Below the pieces are notes generated by a model. That model worked only from the letters and a program-made list of their open reading frames with translations. It made no database searches and was not told where the DNA came from. Below, one piece after another: positions 19,451-28,773 of a stretch of DNA of 64,000 nucleotides. The DNA is from Bacteroidota bacterium (GTDB lineage: Bacteria; Bacteroidota; Ignavibacteria; Kryptoniales; JAKASW01): the NCBI GenBank assembly GCA_023480735.1, contig JAMCXB010000043.1:12750-76749 (forward strand). Reading direction: 5' to 3'. A program made the translations under genes and the position numbers. Numbering within the stretch: the stretch's first letter is position 1; each line of letters starts with the position of its first letter.

Positions 19451-19584
19451 TGCACCGAACGGCAAATTGTCATTATCTGAGGTTCCAGAATTGATTACAT
19501 GAGAAGTGGGTTCAATGAACTGATTCGAAGCAACGGCGGTTGTTCTATTACCCGGCATTCCATAACTAAATAAAGGAGGAACCC

Positions 19585-20031
19585 ATGAAATACATTTGCC
19601 TTGTCTATGGCGAAGAGGAAAAGATCGGAGCCATGACAGATGACGAATGCATGGAATACGATGCGGGGATAAGAAGAAGCGGGGAGTGCATTGCGTCAGA
19701 AGCTCTTCAAAGAACTATCACCGCCAAAACAGTGAGAGTATGAAACGGCAAGGTGTCCATCATGGACGGGCCTTTTGCGGAGACAAAGGAGCAGCTAGCG
19801 GGCTTCTACTTGGTTGATGCGGAGGACACGCACTCCGCGCTTGAAATCGCATCTAAAATTCCGCCAGCACAAGTCGGCTGCATCGAGGTTCGTCCGGTAC
19901 GGGAGCTGGTCAGTACGCGCGGCGAGCGGAGAAAAAAGGCGCTTCATGAATATTGCAGGCGACGGCGAAAGCGAGATCAGGCTGATGCCCGACGCGCCGG
20001 CATACGCCCGTTGACCGACTCATTTAGCTAA
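19585..20031 (+). pseudogene. YciI-like (DGPF-motif) protein gene with an in-frame TGA at 19741-19743
   Basis: ATG behind AAAGGAGG. MKYICLVYGEEEKIGAMTDDECMEY...TAKTVRV*NGKVSIMDGPFAETKEQLAGFYLVDAEDTHSALEIASKIPPAQVGCIEVRPV. The stop sits where, as I recall, homologues usually have Arg (CGA to TGA). The tail beyond about 19915 is non-homologous. Confidence 0.7.
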
Positions 20032-20118
20032 TCGAGAACGAACAGCCTAAGTTGCTGAAACAGGCCTATGAAAATGCATAATAAGAATATTCGGAGTGTG
20101 ATATGAAATATCTATGCT

Positions 20119-20385
20119 ATGCAGCGCTTTGAAGAAACTCCGGCAGGGGACAGAGCGCCTGCAAACGAAAAAGACAAAATTATGCATATTTCCCTGCCGA
20201 TTGGAAAAGGAAACGTACTGATGGGCACGGACGCTCTCGAATCCATGGGACATAAACTGACGGTCGGTAACAACTTCAATATCTCAATTGAAACTGACAG
20301 TAAAGAAGAGGCAAAAAAACTCTATGACGGACTATCTGTCTTTATTATACACCGCGTGATTAGGACGCGTATCGGGGCGTCATAA
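20119..20385 (+). pseudogene. VOC/glyoxalase-fold (PhnB-like) gene fragment, truncated at both ends
   Basis: ...EKDKIMHISLPIGKGNVLMGTDALESMGHKLTVGNNFNISIETDSKEEAKKLYDGLS matches the middle of VOC proteins of about 140 aa. An in-frame stop lies 5 codons upstream of the ATG. The sequence after DGLS is unrelated. Confidence 0.6.
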
Positions 20386-20446
20386 CATCGGATGTCGAGA
20401 AGGGAAAGGGACTGCCGAGCATCAGGCAGGAGTATTTGCAGGTGAT

Positions 20447-20779
20447 TTAAAGAGAGAGCAGCAGTATAACAAAACCTACCGCTGCGACGAACCCATGGAG
20501 TATTGGCAGCCACTTGGGGAACCGCCGATCCTTCTGACCCATTTTGAACAGTGTAAACCCGATGAGCGCAGCAATGACCAGTACCATCATGCCCGCAAAT
20601 GGTGGCGGCGTGTTGCTCAACGAAAAGAAGACGATCACCAAAATGAGTGCTACAACGGCGATCACCCCATGAACACGGGCGAACCCGCGCGGCGTCTTGC
20701 CGTCGAGAAAGAAAACCGTGAGCAGTATTACGCCGGCGAAAATGGCGAGCGTGAAAAGTACTATTGCAACCGTCAACAT
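20447..20779 (-). CDS. small integral membrane protein (4 predicted TM helices), unknown family
   Basis: ATG 20779 behind AGGAAA. Four hydrophobic segments in 110 aa. Confidence 0.5.
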   Translation of the reverse strand: MLTVAIVLFTLAIFAGVILLTVFFLDGKTPRGFARVHGVIAVVALILVIVFFSLSNTPPPFAGMMVLVIAALIGFTLFKMGQKDRRFPKWLPILHGFVAAVGFVILLLSL

Positions 20780-20995
20780 GTCTATTTCCTGACTCAATAA
20801 TAAACGCAGAGTGTCTGCAAAACAAGCGCACAAGGCAGTGGCATACTGGCAGTGTTAACTGGGAAGTATTTCTTATTCTCCGAATTGCGAATTTTGGTCT
20901 TTGCGAAATTCCTGTATATATTTTCCTGCAATCAGGGCTTGCGAGACTTCCATTATACATCTAACTCTCTAAAAGTATTCAAAAGGAGGGCGAAT

Positions 20996-21694
20996 ATGGG
21001 TGCGGTAAGTGCGGCAATTCCCGTCGAAACAACTGGTTGGAAGACCCTTTTCAGAATCGCTGGTTCCGTTGCGTTGATTATGGTTGCATTCATCCCAATC
21101 CAAATCGCAGTTTTTGCGATTTGGCCCCCGCCGAGTACGGCCGCTGGATGGTTCGAACTCTTTCAAAGCAACAATCTTGTCGGTCTCATCGATATGGACT
21201 TATTGCTGATGGTCGACCAGATCTTCGTTGGAATAATGCTAATTGCCCTATACGTTGTACTCCGGACGACCAATCTATCACTGATGACGGTTGGATTGGC
21301 TCTTGGCTTGACAGGGATGGTAATTTACTTCAGTTCGACAGTCGCCTTCGAGATGATGTCCCTGAGTCACCAGTATGCGACCGCCGCAACCGCATCGGAG
21401 AGGACGATATTGCTGGCCGCAGGGCAGACGATGCTGGTTACCTGGCAGGGGACTGCTTTCAATATTGGTTACGTTGCAGAAGGTGTCGCTTTCCTGATAA
21501 TCGCTTCCGTCATGCTGGGGAGTACGATCTTCGGCAAGACGACCGCGTGGATTGGAATTGTTCTCGGCGTTATGTCTCTGGTACCTCCGACGGTAGCTGT
21601 TGTCGGGATGTATTTTGCACTCGGCTCTCTCGTGCCGCTGGTGGTCTGGGACATTCTTGTCGCCAGGAGGTTGTTCCAACTGGCAAATATGTAA
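20996..21694 (+). CDS. polytopic membrane protein (DUF4386-like by recollection)
   Basis: ATG 20996 behind AAAAGGAGGG. 232 aa with about 6 hydrophobic helices. The ORF-track start at 20852 adds a non-coding-looking leader. Confidence 0.5.
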   Translation: MGAVSAAIPVETTGWKTLFRIAGSVALIMVAFIPIQIAVFAIWPPPSTAAGWFELFQSNNLVGLIDMDLLLMVDQIFVGIMLIALYVVLRTTNLSLMTVGLALGLTGMVIYFSSTVAFEMMSLSHQYATAATASERTILLAAGQTMLVTWQGTAFNIGYVAEGVAFLIIASVMLGSTIFGKTTAWIGIVLGVMSLVPPTVAVVGMYFALGSLVPLVVWDILVARRLFQLANM

Positions 21695-21967
21695 ATTGCC
21701 AGTATGGGGTAAGGAGTATAATGAAGGAACTGGCTGTTAAAGCGGCAGTGAGATACTTCTTGTCCGGGCTGGTACGCTGTCGTATTGAAATGCCTGGTTG
21801 TATTGTTTTTTGTCGCATTCGTGTTAGGATCATTTTATGAGTTAATACCGATGCTATTCTTGCACTTCCAATGGCATGCATGGGTCTGCCTGGAAGGAGT
21901 GGAAATTTTCCCGCATTGCATATGAGGACTCAACGTCCTAATTTAACACGGTTTTAAGGAGGTCTTA

Positions 21968-22663
21968 ATGGTTTCTCTGATTGTAGTGGTGCTCATAAGC
22001 TATATGGTCGGCTCGATACCGACAAGCATTATCGTCACCAAAGCCCTTAAGGGGATCGACATACGAGACTACGGCAGTGGCAATGCCGGGGGAACGAATG
22101 TGATTCGAGTTCTAGGTTGGGGACCCGGAGTTTTCGTTATTATAATAGACGCTCTCAAAGGCTTTCTGGCTGCAGTCGTAGTTTCAAGATTGTTCTACGG
22201 ACACTTTCCATTGGAGAATGCCACACCATTTTCAGACTTTACTGTAGTTCAGATCATTGCCGGAATGAGCGCAATTCTCGGTCATACGTGGACGGTGTTT
22301 GCGGGTTTTAAAGGCGGCAAAGGGATCGCTACGGCTGCAGGAATGCTTCTGGGAATTGCACCCGTTGATGTGGGCATCGCAGCAGGGGTATTTGCCATCG
22401 TGGTCGTAAGTTCACGCTATGTATCACTGGGGTCGGTCAGCGCCGCTGTTGCTTTTCCCGTGGTTATGTTTGTGCGCGCGAACGTTTTTGATGTCGGAAT
22501 GCGGTATTACCACTCGATGATTATTTTCAGCATATTTATTTCCGGCTTTTTGATCTACAACCATCGTGCTAACATAGTACGTCTGATTCAGGGCAGAGAG
22601 CACCGAATCGAGAAATTGAGGTTTTTCCACAGTTCGAAGATCCGTCCCAACACGGGCAAATGA
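21968..22663 (+). CDS. plsY: glycerol-3-phosphate acyltransferase PlsY
   Basis: SD AAGGAGG. YMVGSIPTSIIVTKALKGIDIRDYGSGNAGGTNV and ...FKGGKGIATAAG. Confidence 0.9.
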   Translation: MVSLIVVVLISYMVGSIPTSIIVTKALKGIDIRDYGSGNAGGTNVIRVLGWGPGVFVIIIDALKGFLAAVVVSRLFYGHFPLENATPFSDFTVVQIIAGMSAILGHTWTVFAGFKGGKGIATAAGMLLGIAPVDVGIAAGVFAIVVVSSRYVSLGSVSAAVAFPVVMFVRANVFDVGMRYYHSMIIFSIFISGFLIYNHRANIVRLIQGREHRIEKLRFFHSSKIRPNTGK

Positions 22664-23658
22664 AGGTTGCGGTTCTCGGAGCAGGGGGATGGGGCACAGC
22701 GCTGTCCATTCTTCTTCACGATAACAAACACGACGTAACTCTCTGGGCATACAAGAAGGAGTATGCCGAGGAATTGTCAAACCTCAGGGAGAATCGGACT
22801 TATCTGCACGGTGTTACAATTTCTCGCGAGATAGTTATCACGTGCGACATCGAGGCTGCCGCGAAGCAAGCAGATGTTGTCGTCGCCTCCATCCCATCGC
22901 AGTATCTCCGCGAACAGCTCAAGAACATTGAGGATATTGATTTTAAGAAGAAGATCTTTGTGAATACGGCAAAAGGCATTGAGGCGGCCACGCTTTCGAC
23001 TATGTCTGATGTCGTCAGTTCCACCCTAAAAAAATGTCCCTCCGCAAATTATGTGGTCTTGTCCGGGCCGAGTCATGCCGAAGAAGTCAGCCGCCGGATG
23101 CCGACAGCGATTGTGGCATCTTCTCACCACCGTAAGAGTGCGGAGACGATTCAGTCCGTTTTCATGAATCCGTATTTCAGAGTCTATCTCAACAAGGATG
23201 TGAAGGGGGTCGAGCTTTGCGGAGCCTTGAAGAACGTGATTGCGCTAGCTGCCGGAATGAGTGACGGCGCCGGCTACGGTGATAATACGAAGGCTGCACT
23301 CATGACGCGTGGAATGGTCGAGATTACCCGGCTCGGCGAGACCCTTGGAGCGCATCACAAAACATTCTCCGGACTTGCCGGCATGGGCGATTTAATTGTT
23401 ACATGCATGAGCAGGTACAGCAGGAACAGGTTTGTAGGGGAGCAAGTCGCGGCAGGAAGAAAGCTTGAAGAAGTCCTGAGCGAGATAAAAATGGTTGCAG
23501 AGGGCGTCCCCACTGCCAGGGCAGCTCATCAACTGGCGTTGAAACACGGTGTTGAGATGCCCATAATGGAGCAGGTATACAAAGTGCTCTTTGAGGGGAA
23601 GGATCCGCAATTGGCAGTTGGAGATTTGATGAGAAGGCCCGGAAAGGACGAGTACTGA
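22660..23658 (+). CDS. gpsA: NAD(P)H-dependent glycerol-3-phosphate dehydrogenase
   Basis: MKVAVLGAGGWGTALS Rossmann start and ...GALKNVIALAAGMSDG... 4-nt overlap with plsY. Confidence 0.95.
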   Translation: MKVAVLGAGGWGTALSILLHDNKHDVTLWAYKKEYAEELSNLRENRTYLHGVTISREIVITCDIEAAAKQADVVVASIPSQYLREQLKNIEDIDFKKKIFVNTAKGIEAATLSTMSDVVSSTLKKCPSANYVVLSGPSHAEEVSRRMPTAIVASSHHRKSAETIQSVFMNPYFRVYLNKDVKGVELCGALKNVIALAAGMSDGAGYGDNTKAALMTRGMVEITRLGETLGAHHKTFSGLAGMGDLIVTCMSRYSRNRFVGEQVAAGRKLEEVLSEIKMVAEGVPTARAAHQLALKHGVEMPIMEQVYKVLFEGKDPQLAVGDLMRRPGKDEY

Positions 23659-23670
23659 GGGGATTTGGGG

Positions 23671-24609
23671 ATGTTTGGATTTGATACGCTTCATGTCGGA
23701 ACGACCGAAGACCTGGAAGGCATTACCGGTTGCACCGCAATTATCTTTGAGGGTGGAGCGCGGGCCAGTGCTGACGTGCGCGGGGCCTCGCCCGGAACTC
23801 GAGAACTTGCGCTTCTTGCTCCTGATAAACAGATGGACCGAATCGATGGTATTATGTTGACCGGCGGGAGCGCTTATGGCTTGGCAGCCGCAACGGGTGC
23901 GATGAGATTCCTTTCGGAACACGGAATGGGTTACAAGACCCCCTGGAGAGTAGTCCCAATAGTACCCTCTGCGGTAATTTTCGATTTGAATATAGGGAGT
24001 CCCGATGGATTTCCTGACGATCAGATGGGATATCTTGCATGTGCTGCCGCAATGAAGGATGAATTTAGGAAAGGGTCTCACGGGGCCGGAACAGGCGCTA
24101 CAGTAGGGAAATGGGCCGGAATCGAGAATGCGATGAAATCGGGACAGGGAGTCGGAATTGTTGAAGCCGAAGGAATCAGGGTTGTGGCCCTGGCCGTCAC
24201 AAACGCTGTGGGAGATGTGATCGACGATTCAGGCCATGTCCTCGCCGGCGCAATAGCCGGCGGGAAGTTTGTCGCTGACACTCCGCGGGAATCTGAAAGG
24301 ATTCCCAAGCGCGTCTTGCCGGGTGCCAATACCACGCTCGTCGCAGTTGTTTCCAATGTCGACTTAACCAAGATCGAGCTGAACAGGGTCGCGCAGCGGA
24401 GCCATGATGCGCTTGCGAAGAGGATCATGCCGGTTCACACGAGCTATGATGGCGACACAGTCTTCGCTGTATCGGCCGGCAATGTAAATGCCCCCCTTGA
24501 CCTTGTTGCGTCTCTTGCAGTCGACGCCGTATCAGATGCCATCATTGATGCAGTGAAGTCCGCCCAATCGCTCGGTGGTTTCCCTTCCTATTCGGATTTG
24601 CATAAGTAA
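23671..24609 (+). CDS. P1/S58-family (DmpA-like) aminopeptidase
   Basis: ITGCTAIIFEGGARASADVRGASPGTRE...IMLTGGSAYGLAAATGAMRFL...VPIVPSAVIFDL pattern. About 312 aa. Confidence 0.8.
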   Translation: MFGFDTLHVGTTEDLEGITGCTAIIFEGGARASADVRGASPGTRELALLAPDKQMDRIDGIMLTGGSAYGLAAATGAMRFLSEHGMGYKTPWRVVPIVPSAVIFDLNIGSPDGFPDDQMGYLACAAAMKDEFRKGSHGAGTGATVGKWAGIENAMKSGQGVGIVEAEGIRVVALAVTNAVGDVIDDSGHVLAGAIAGGKFVADTPRESERIPKRVLPGANTTLVAVVSNVDLTKIELNRVAQRSHDALAKRIMPVHTSYDGDTVFAVSAGNVNAPLDLVASLAVDAVSDAIIDAVKSAQSLGGFPSYSDLHK

Positions 24610-24840
24610 GCCAATCTCGACTTGGTTTCATATCCTTCCTGATTTGCTCGATCACTCTTCACTAATCACTACTCAATTTTTTTATTTCTGACTGTTACAC
24701 AAGCGCAGCGATCATAGAGAATGCTTTATGGAATATGACCTGCGCTTGTCGAAGGCAACACTGAAACGACGTTTATTCAATCTTGGTAATGTTGAAACGC
24801 AGGCGGGGCAAACCTAAATTAAGTACATCAAGGAGTTGGA

Positions 24841-26097
24841 ATGAAAATAGCGTACTTCGATACATTTGCGGGCATCGCGGGAGACATGGTACTTGGCGCT
24901 TTCGTCTCTCTGGGAGTTGACCCTGACGATATCACAAAAGAATTGGCAAAGCTGAAACTTGGCAACGTTGAGCTTAAAGTAAGCAAAGTCGTACGCAGCG
25001 GAATAACGGCTGCAAAGGTTGATGTGGTTGTCTCGGGGGAGACGGAGAAGGTAGCTGATCTGGGGAGCAGCGTTCAGAAGCATACTCACGACAAACACGA
25101 AGCTCTTGATCACGAACATTCTCATACCCATGCTCATGGCAGGAGCTATCTGGAGATAAGGCATCTTATTGAGAATTCCGACCTGTCTGAGGTGGTGAAG
25201 CGCAATTCCCTCGAGATATTTCGAAGAATCGGTGAAGCCGAAGCGAAGATACACGACACGACCGTCGAGAAGATACATTTTCATGAGGTAGGTGCGGTCG
25301 ATTCTATAGTGGACATAGTGGGCACTGCGATTTGCCTTGAGTTGATCGGAGTAGAATCGGTCTTCACTTCTCCTGTGAGACTCGGGTCAAATGGATACTT
25401 TGAGGCAAAGCATGGTGTCCTACCGGTTCCGGGACCGGCCGCGCTCGAGATACTAAAGGACTATCCGGTTGTTTTCAACGATATTCCATTCGAACTGACG
25501 ACTCCAACCGGGGCGGCAATCGTTGCATCGCTATCGAAGGGGCTGCTGAAAGACAGGTCCGTCGAAATCAAGAAGATTGGATATGGTGCAGGATCCAGAG
25601 ATTTGGGACGACTTCCGAACTTGTTGAGGGTCGTAATAGGAGAGATCGGCTCTGACCTCGAAGAGGATCACGTCGTGCTGGTTGAAACAAACATGGATGA
25701 TATTAATCCGCAGATCGTCCCTCATGTAATTGAAAGGGTCCTTGCGGCAGGAGCCACAGATGCCTTTGTGATTCCACTACTCATGAAGAAGGGGAGACCC
25801 GGATTCCTGCTTACCGTGCTTACTTCGGAAACATTACTTGACACAATCGCGGGAGAAATCTTTTCCCAAACCACAACGCTCGGTTTGCGAATACAGCATA
25901 TACGCAGAATGAAAGTGCAGCGAGAATTGAAGAAAGTGAAAACGAGTTTCGGGGAAGTGAGCGTGAAGGAGAGTAACATAAATGGGAACAAGAGAATCAT
26001 GGCTGAATTTGAGGATTGCAAAAGAATTGCCGAGTCGAAATCACTTCCTCTCATAGAGGTCATGCAGAGACTCAGCTCGGAGTTGAACCACGAGTGA
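24841..26097 (+). CDS. larC: LarC-type nickel-insertion protein (DUF111, nickel-pincer cofactor biosynthesis)
   Basis: N-terminus MKIAYFDTFAGIAGDMVLGA. His-rich tract HTHDKHEALDHEHSHTHAHG. 418 aa. Confidence 0.85.
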   Translation: MKIAYFDTFAGIAGDMVLGAFVSLGVDPDDITKELAKLKLGNVELKVSKVVRSGITAAKVDVVVSGETEKVADLGSSVQKHTHDKHEALDHEHSHTHAHGRSYLEIRHLIENSDLSEVVKRNSLEIFRRIGEAEAKIHDTTVEKIHFHEVGAVDSIVDIVGTAICLELIGVESVFTSPVRLGSNGYFEAKHGVLPVPGPAALEILKDYPVVFNDIPFELTTPTGAAIVASLSKGLLKDRSVEIKKIGYGAGSRDLGRLPNLLRVVIGEIGSDLEEDHVVLVETNMDDINPQIVPHVIERVLAAGATDAFVIPLLMKKGRPGFLLTVLTSETLLDTIAGEIFSQTTTLGLRIQHIRRMKVQRELKKVKTSFGEVSVKESNINGNKRIMAEFEDCKRIAESKSLPLIEVMQRLSSELNHE

Positions 26098-28559
26098 GTG
26101 AGAAGTTCTGTGAGATTGCGTTTCCGATTCCGGTACACAGGGAGTTCACTTATGAAATACCCGGTGAGCTTGCCGATTCTATAGCTGTCGGAGTGAGAGT
26201 CGTAGCTCCTTTCAGGAAGCGATATATGACTGGAGTGGTTGTAGGGTTAACCGGTGAAACTAAGCTCTCGGAAGTCAAGCCGATCCGTGATATCGTAGAC
26301 AATGGCCCCATTTATTCTGCGACAATCATGAGGCTAACCCGTTGGATATCTGACTATTACCTGAGTTCATGGGGTGAAGCCCTTAAGGCCGCAGGGCCTG
26401 CTGGAACGTCAGTGGAAAGCTCGCAAGTCGTAAGACTCCTCGATCAGAAACCGGAAGAGAAGAACGAGATGCGCCGGGCGATCATAGAAGCTCTCGTGTC
26501 CGAAGAGACGATGACGGTAAAGCAACTCGGAAGGAAATTCGGGGTGAGCGGCATCAGATACCATGTCGGCAAGCTGCTCGAATCAGGAGCTGTTGCACTT
26601 GAGGAGAAACTCTCCGACCCGCGCGCGTCGATAAAGTATGATAGCTACGTTCAGCTCAAGGAGGAATACAGAAATCCCGAGAAAATGTCGGTGGTTCTCA
26701 ATGAACTGGACAAACGGGCGACTAAGCAAGCGGAGCTACTGTTGAAGTTGGCTCAGCTTCAGAAGGTCTATGAAGAAGGAGTCAGCGTCGTTCAGCTCCT
26801 CTCGCAGGCTAAAGCAAGTATGAGTTCACTTCAGGCATTGGCTGAGAGGGGAATTGTCGAGCTCTTCGGGAAAGAAAGCTATCGCGAGGCGGAGTTTGGT
26901 TACCATGAGCCTGAGACTCAATTCGAGCTGACGCCGCTTCAGAGAGAGGCGGTTGGAAACATCGATAAGGCTCTCTCCACAAATACTTACTCGACATTCC
27001 TGCTCCATGGTGTAACAGGCAGCGGGAAGACGCAGGTTTACATCGAATCGATCGACCTTGCATTGAAACAGGGGAAGGACGCCATCGTTCTTGTTCCCGA
27101 GATCTCATTGACGCCTCAGATCGTCGACAGGTTCAAGCGGCGCTTCGGGCAGACAGTGGCCGTGATGCACAGCCGGATGTCTCTGGGAGAAAGGTACGAT
27201 GCCTGGCGAAAAATTCACCGGGGAGAAGCGGCCGTAGTTATCGGCGCTCGGAGCGCAGTGTTTGCGCCGGTGAGAAACTTGGGATTAATTGTGGTCGATG
27301 AGGAACATGAGTCGAGCTACAAGCAAAGCGACTCCGTACCGCGCTATAATGCCCGGGACGTGGCCGTCATGCGGTGCTTAATCGGGGGTGCAGTAGCGTT
27401 GCTCGGCAGCGCGACGCCTTCGGTCGAGTCGTACTACAACGCTGCCACCGGTAAGTATACGCTTCTCAGTTTGCCCGACAGGATCGACGGTGCCAGGATG
27501 CCGAGGATAGAGATCGTCGACATGAGAAAGAAGCGCAGGGAAAAGCTTGTGTTCGGGAGTTTCAGCGACGAGTTGAAGTCCAAAGTTGATGACCGGTTGA
27601 CGAAGAAGGAAGGCATAATCATACTGCGCAACAGGAGGGGCTTCTCGACTTATCTTCAGTGTACAGATTGTGGCATGACGGAGATGTGTCCAAATTGTGA
27701 CGTCGCGCTGACCTTCCACAAGCGCCGGAAGCATTTGCGCTGTCATTACTGCGGCTTCGTCAAGGAGCCGCCAGTGCGGTGCCCGAAGTGTGGCAGCGAG
27801 AAACTGTTCTACGGGGGAATCGGCACGCAAAAGGTAGAAGAGGAAATGACCGGATATTTTCCTGAGGCAAAGATATTGCGGATGGATTTGGACACCACTT
27901 CCTCAAGAGGCGCTCATGACAGGATTCTAACACAATTTGGCAGCGGAGAAACCGACATGCTCATCGGGACTCAGTTGGTCGCGAAGGGTCTGGATTTCCC
28001 CCGCGTGACTCTCGTGGGCGTTATCTCTGCAGACTCGATGATGTTGATGCCTGACTTCAGGTCTAATGAGAGGACCTTCCAACTTCTCACTCAGGTTTCA
28101 GGAAGGGCAGGGAGACGCGAGAAAGAAGGAGAAGTTATAATTCAAGTTACAAACAGCGATGAGGACGTCCTGAAATTTGTCGCCAATCACGACTTCCAGG
28201 GTTTCTACAACCAGGAAATAAAAGTCCGGCGTGAGCTGAATTATCCTCCCTTCTCACGAATGGTCGTGCTGGAGTTTCGTGGACAGGATCTAAGTGAGAC
28301 CGACAAAGCTGCTGAGAAAGCTGCCAGAAGAATTAAGAAGAGTTTGCCGGTGATAGCAGTACTTGGACCCGCCCCCGCCGTCATAGGAAGACTGCTGGGT
28401 AAATTTCGGTTTCAGATAATAATCAAAATGAGCAAGCAGCTTGATAAGGCAGGCGAACGTCTTGAGGCCGTGCTCGATGAAATTGATCTGGATCTGAAGC
28501 GGGATTACGGCGCCTCCGTCCGTTTCTTTCCGGATGTGGATCCCGTAACAACATTGTAG
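26094..28559 (+). CDS. priA: primosomal protein N' (replication restart helicase PriA)
   Basis: GTG 26094 overlaps the larC stop. Walker A GVTGSGKT and DEEH box. Cys-rich zinc region CTDCG...CPNCD...CHYCG...CPKCGS. Confidence 0.9.
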   Translation: MSEKFCEIAFPIPVHREFTYEIPGELADSIAVGVRVVAPFRKRYMTGVVVGLTGETKLSEVKPIRDIVDNGPIYSATIMRLTRWISDYYLSSWGEALKAAGPAGTSVESSQVVRLLDQKPEEKNEMRRAIIEALVSEETMTVKQLGRKFGVSGIRYHVGKLLESGAVALEEKLSDPRASIKYDSYVQLKEEYRNPEKMSVVLNELDKRATKQAELLLKLAQLQKVYEEGVSVVQLLSQAKASMSSLQALAERGIVELFGKESYREAEFGYHEPETQFELTPLQREAVGNIDKALSTNTYSTFLLHGVTGSGKTQVYIESIDLALKQGKDAIVLVPEISLTPQIVDRFKRRFGQTVAVMHSRMSLGERYDAWRKIHRGEAAVVIGARSAVFAPVRNLGLIVVDEEHESSYKQSDSVPRYNARDVAVMRCLIGGAVALLGSATPSVESYYNAATGKYTLLSLPDRIDGARMPRIEIVDMRKKRREKLVFGSFSDELKSKVDDRLTKKEGIIILRNRRGFSTYLQCTDCGMTEMCPNCDVALTFHKRRKHLRCHYCGFVKEPPVRCPKCGSEKLFYGGIGTQKVEEEMTGYFPEAKILRMDLDTTSSRGAHDRILTQFGSGETDMLIGTQLVAKGLDFPRVTLVGVISADSMMLMPDFRSNERTFQLLTQVSGRAGRREKEGEVIIQVTNSDEDVLKFVANHDFQGFYNQEIKVRRELNYPPFSRMVVLEFRGQDLSETDKAAEKAARRIKKSLPVIAVLGPAPAVIGRLLGKFRFQIIIKMSKQLDKAGERLEAVLDEIDLDLKRDYGASVRFFPDVDPVTTL

Positions 28560-28773
28560 GGCAAAGCTGTCCAAAGAACTCTTCTTGGGTTTCAAACGCG
28601 CCTTCTTTATCATGTTGTTAACATTGTCTTTAACGGTCTAGCAAATAATCAAGGTCGTGCGCCAGCGGGTTAATGCCCATCTCCGTCAGGCAGAGCTCCG
28701 ACACGCTCCGAAGCGGCCATAGAAGCAAGTTTGGCAGTTCCCATCCGGCGCAGTCAGCAGATTGAGGGATAAG

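Noticed and set aside
19741-19743. Possibility that TGA is a sense codon (code 4/25 or selenocysteine), given in-frame TGAs at 19741 and in the 60.9-kb intergenic frame.
   Set aside because: Conserved genes terminate at TGA at the expected length (HAD hydrolase, the cytochromes, larC, xseB, ribE), with the next gene starting immediately after. No SECIS-like hairpin was seen. A nonsense mutation is the simpler explanation.
21139-21150. tRNA T-arm-like string ggttcgaactc (and gttcgaatc at about 1098).
   Set aside because: Both are inside coding sequence, with no acceptor or anticodon stems around them. No tRNA, rRNA or tmRNA cloverleaf was found anywhere in the window.
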